DNA of 7,794 nucleotides from Octopus sinensis (lineage: Eukaryota), in contig NW_021828543.1 of the NCBI RefSeq assembly GCF_006345805.1, forward strand, positions 1 to 7,794, given 5' to 3'. The position numbers were made by a program, and so were the translations under genes. Shown here piece by piece: positions 6,756-7,794 of the stretch. Every line of letters begins with the position of its first letter. Position 1 is the stretch's first letter. The notes under the pieces were generated by a model. It was given only the letters and a program-made list of their open reading frames with translations, did no database searches and was not told the DNA's origin.

Positions 6756-7709
6756 TCTCTCTCTATATAAACGGCAGTTTGTCTGTGTGCGTGTCTGTGT
6801 GTCTGTTAGGTTGTACCCTCACCCTGACCACGGCTTTCAACCGATTCTGATGAAACTTGACACACACATAGCCCAATGTCATAATTCAAAACTAACGCAG
6901 CGAAAATTTTGAAAAGTTCCCCCAGTTCTGAAAAAAATCGATAAATTCGACATGGGGTCGAGAATCAGAACACAAACCACAACTGTCTAGGGGACGCAAC
7001 TCGACCTTTTTACTCTCAACTCATCAATATCCAGCTACTGAAGCTATTCCTGGTAATGTCCACGTCTACAAGTCTATTGATAGGACAGCAGACCCCGCCG
7101 AGCTTGCCGATTATCCTGTTGAATTCCTGAATTCACTTGAACCGCCAGGCCTGCCGCCACACATCCTAAAGTTAAAAGTCGGTGCGCCCATTATGCTCAT
7201 CAGGAATTTGGTTCCACCTAAACAGTGCAACGGCACACGTCTGGTTGTGAAACATTTGCCACCACATTTAATAACGGCCACAATACTTACCGGTTGTGGG
7301 AAGGGAGAGGACGTCTTCATTCCACGCATGCACCTTCAACCATTGGGCGCTGATCTACCAATCCACTTCAGGCGTTCTCAGTTTCCTGTTAAACTCTGCT
7401 TCACAATGTCCATCAATAAATACCAAGGCCAAACGGTACAAGTCGCTGGTTACAGTTGGGCGAACAGTGCTTCACCCACGGTCAACTCTACGTGGGCTGT
7501 TCACGCGTTGGGAGGCGCAATGATGTTTTCATGTTTTCGCCCAAACGGACAGCTAGGAACATCGTATATACAGAAGTATTCCAGTGAAGACAAGACATTG
7601 CAACGTCCACATGCACCTTCGTTCCCTGGAGGGAAAGGACTAGATTGGGATTAGTCATTGCCTACTAGGTGCTCTTACATACCCGGGCAACGCCGGGCTA
7701 TGCTGCTAG
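6756..7709 (+). mobile_element. Non-autonomous Helitron (rolling-circle transposon), complete, 954 bp
   Basis: The 5' end is TC preceded by host A6755. The 3' end is CTAG (7706-7709) followed by host T7710. Hairpin CCCGG-GCAACG-CCGGG at 7682-7697 lies 8 nt before CTAG. There is no TSD, the element contains a PIF1-type helicase fragment, and removing it restores the SINE. Confidence 0.93.
7023..7587 (+). pseudogene. C-terminal fragment of the Helitron RepHel PIF1-family helicase, two frameshifts
   Basis: Reconstructed: INIQLLKL/fs~7047/[67 protein letters not shown]...[27 protein letters not shown]/fs~7451/[19 protein letters not shown]...[10 protein letters not shown] (TGA 7585-7587). It carries the late PIF1 motifs (QFP..FxMxINKxQGQT; FxHGQLYVxxSR) and lacks the Rep domain and Walker A/B. 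Confidence 0.92.
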
Positions 7710-7794
7710 TATATGTATATATTTGAGTGTGTGTCTGTGTTTGTCCCCTCCCCGCCAACATCGCTTGACAACCGATACAAATACATTTATTCTG

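Larger units (their letters stand above)
6590..7776 (+). mobile_element. Family 1 SINE split by a Helitron (pieces 6590-6755 and 7710-7776)
   Basis: Head GGCGTAGGAGTGGCTGTGTGG (A-box), GGTTCAGTCCC (B-box-like), CTTTGGGCAAGTGTCTT, ...GAATCCCGTCGTA. After the Helitron it resumes as TATATGTATATATTTGAGTGTGTG...CATCGCTTGACAACCGAT, matching 3851-3918. Confidence 0.88.

Noticed and set aside
6848-6900. CTGATGA in the Helitron as a hammerhead or box C
   Set aside because: No stem II followed by GAAA, and no box D with a terminal stem.
7111-7654. Intact host PIF1 gene, or the alternative ORFs 7111-7329 (-) and 7296-7523 (+)
   Set aside because: The helicase is N-terminally truncated, frameshifted, intronless and inside Helitron termini. 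The other ORFs are shadow frames, and the tail of ORF 7193-7654 after VAG is out of frame.

Overview
This is eukaryotic, repeat-dense, mostly non-coding DNA. The SINE families and the density of simple repeats match what I recall of coleoid cephalopod (Octopus-like) genomes; that assignment is from memory and needs a BLAST check. No intact gene is present, and most ORFs in the track are artefacts of trinucleotide repeats. The best-supported feature is a complete 954-bp non-autonomous Helitron (6756-7709). It has A|TC and CTAG|T ends, a 3' GC hairpin, a 5' GTCT/GT microsatellite module and a twice-frameshifted C-terminal fragment of the PIF1-family helicase. It sits in the TA tail of a tRNA-derived SINE. 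The rest is about 12 SINE copies or fragments from three families (one with a perfect 13-bp TSD, one nested in a same-family copy, one internally deleted) plus long microsatellite arrays. Weaker leads are a candidate coding exon at about 2.8-3.07 kb, a degenerate hammerhead-like core at about 0.83 kb and a C/D-box-like motif at about 1.4 kb. I found no convincing new biological system.
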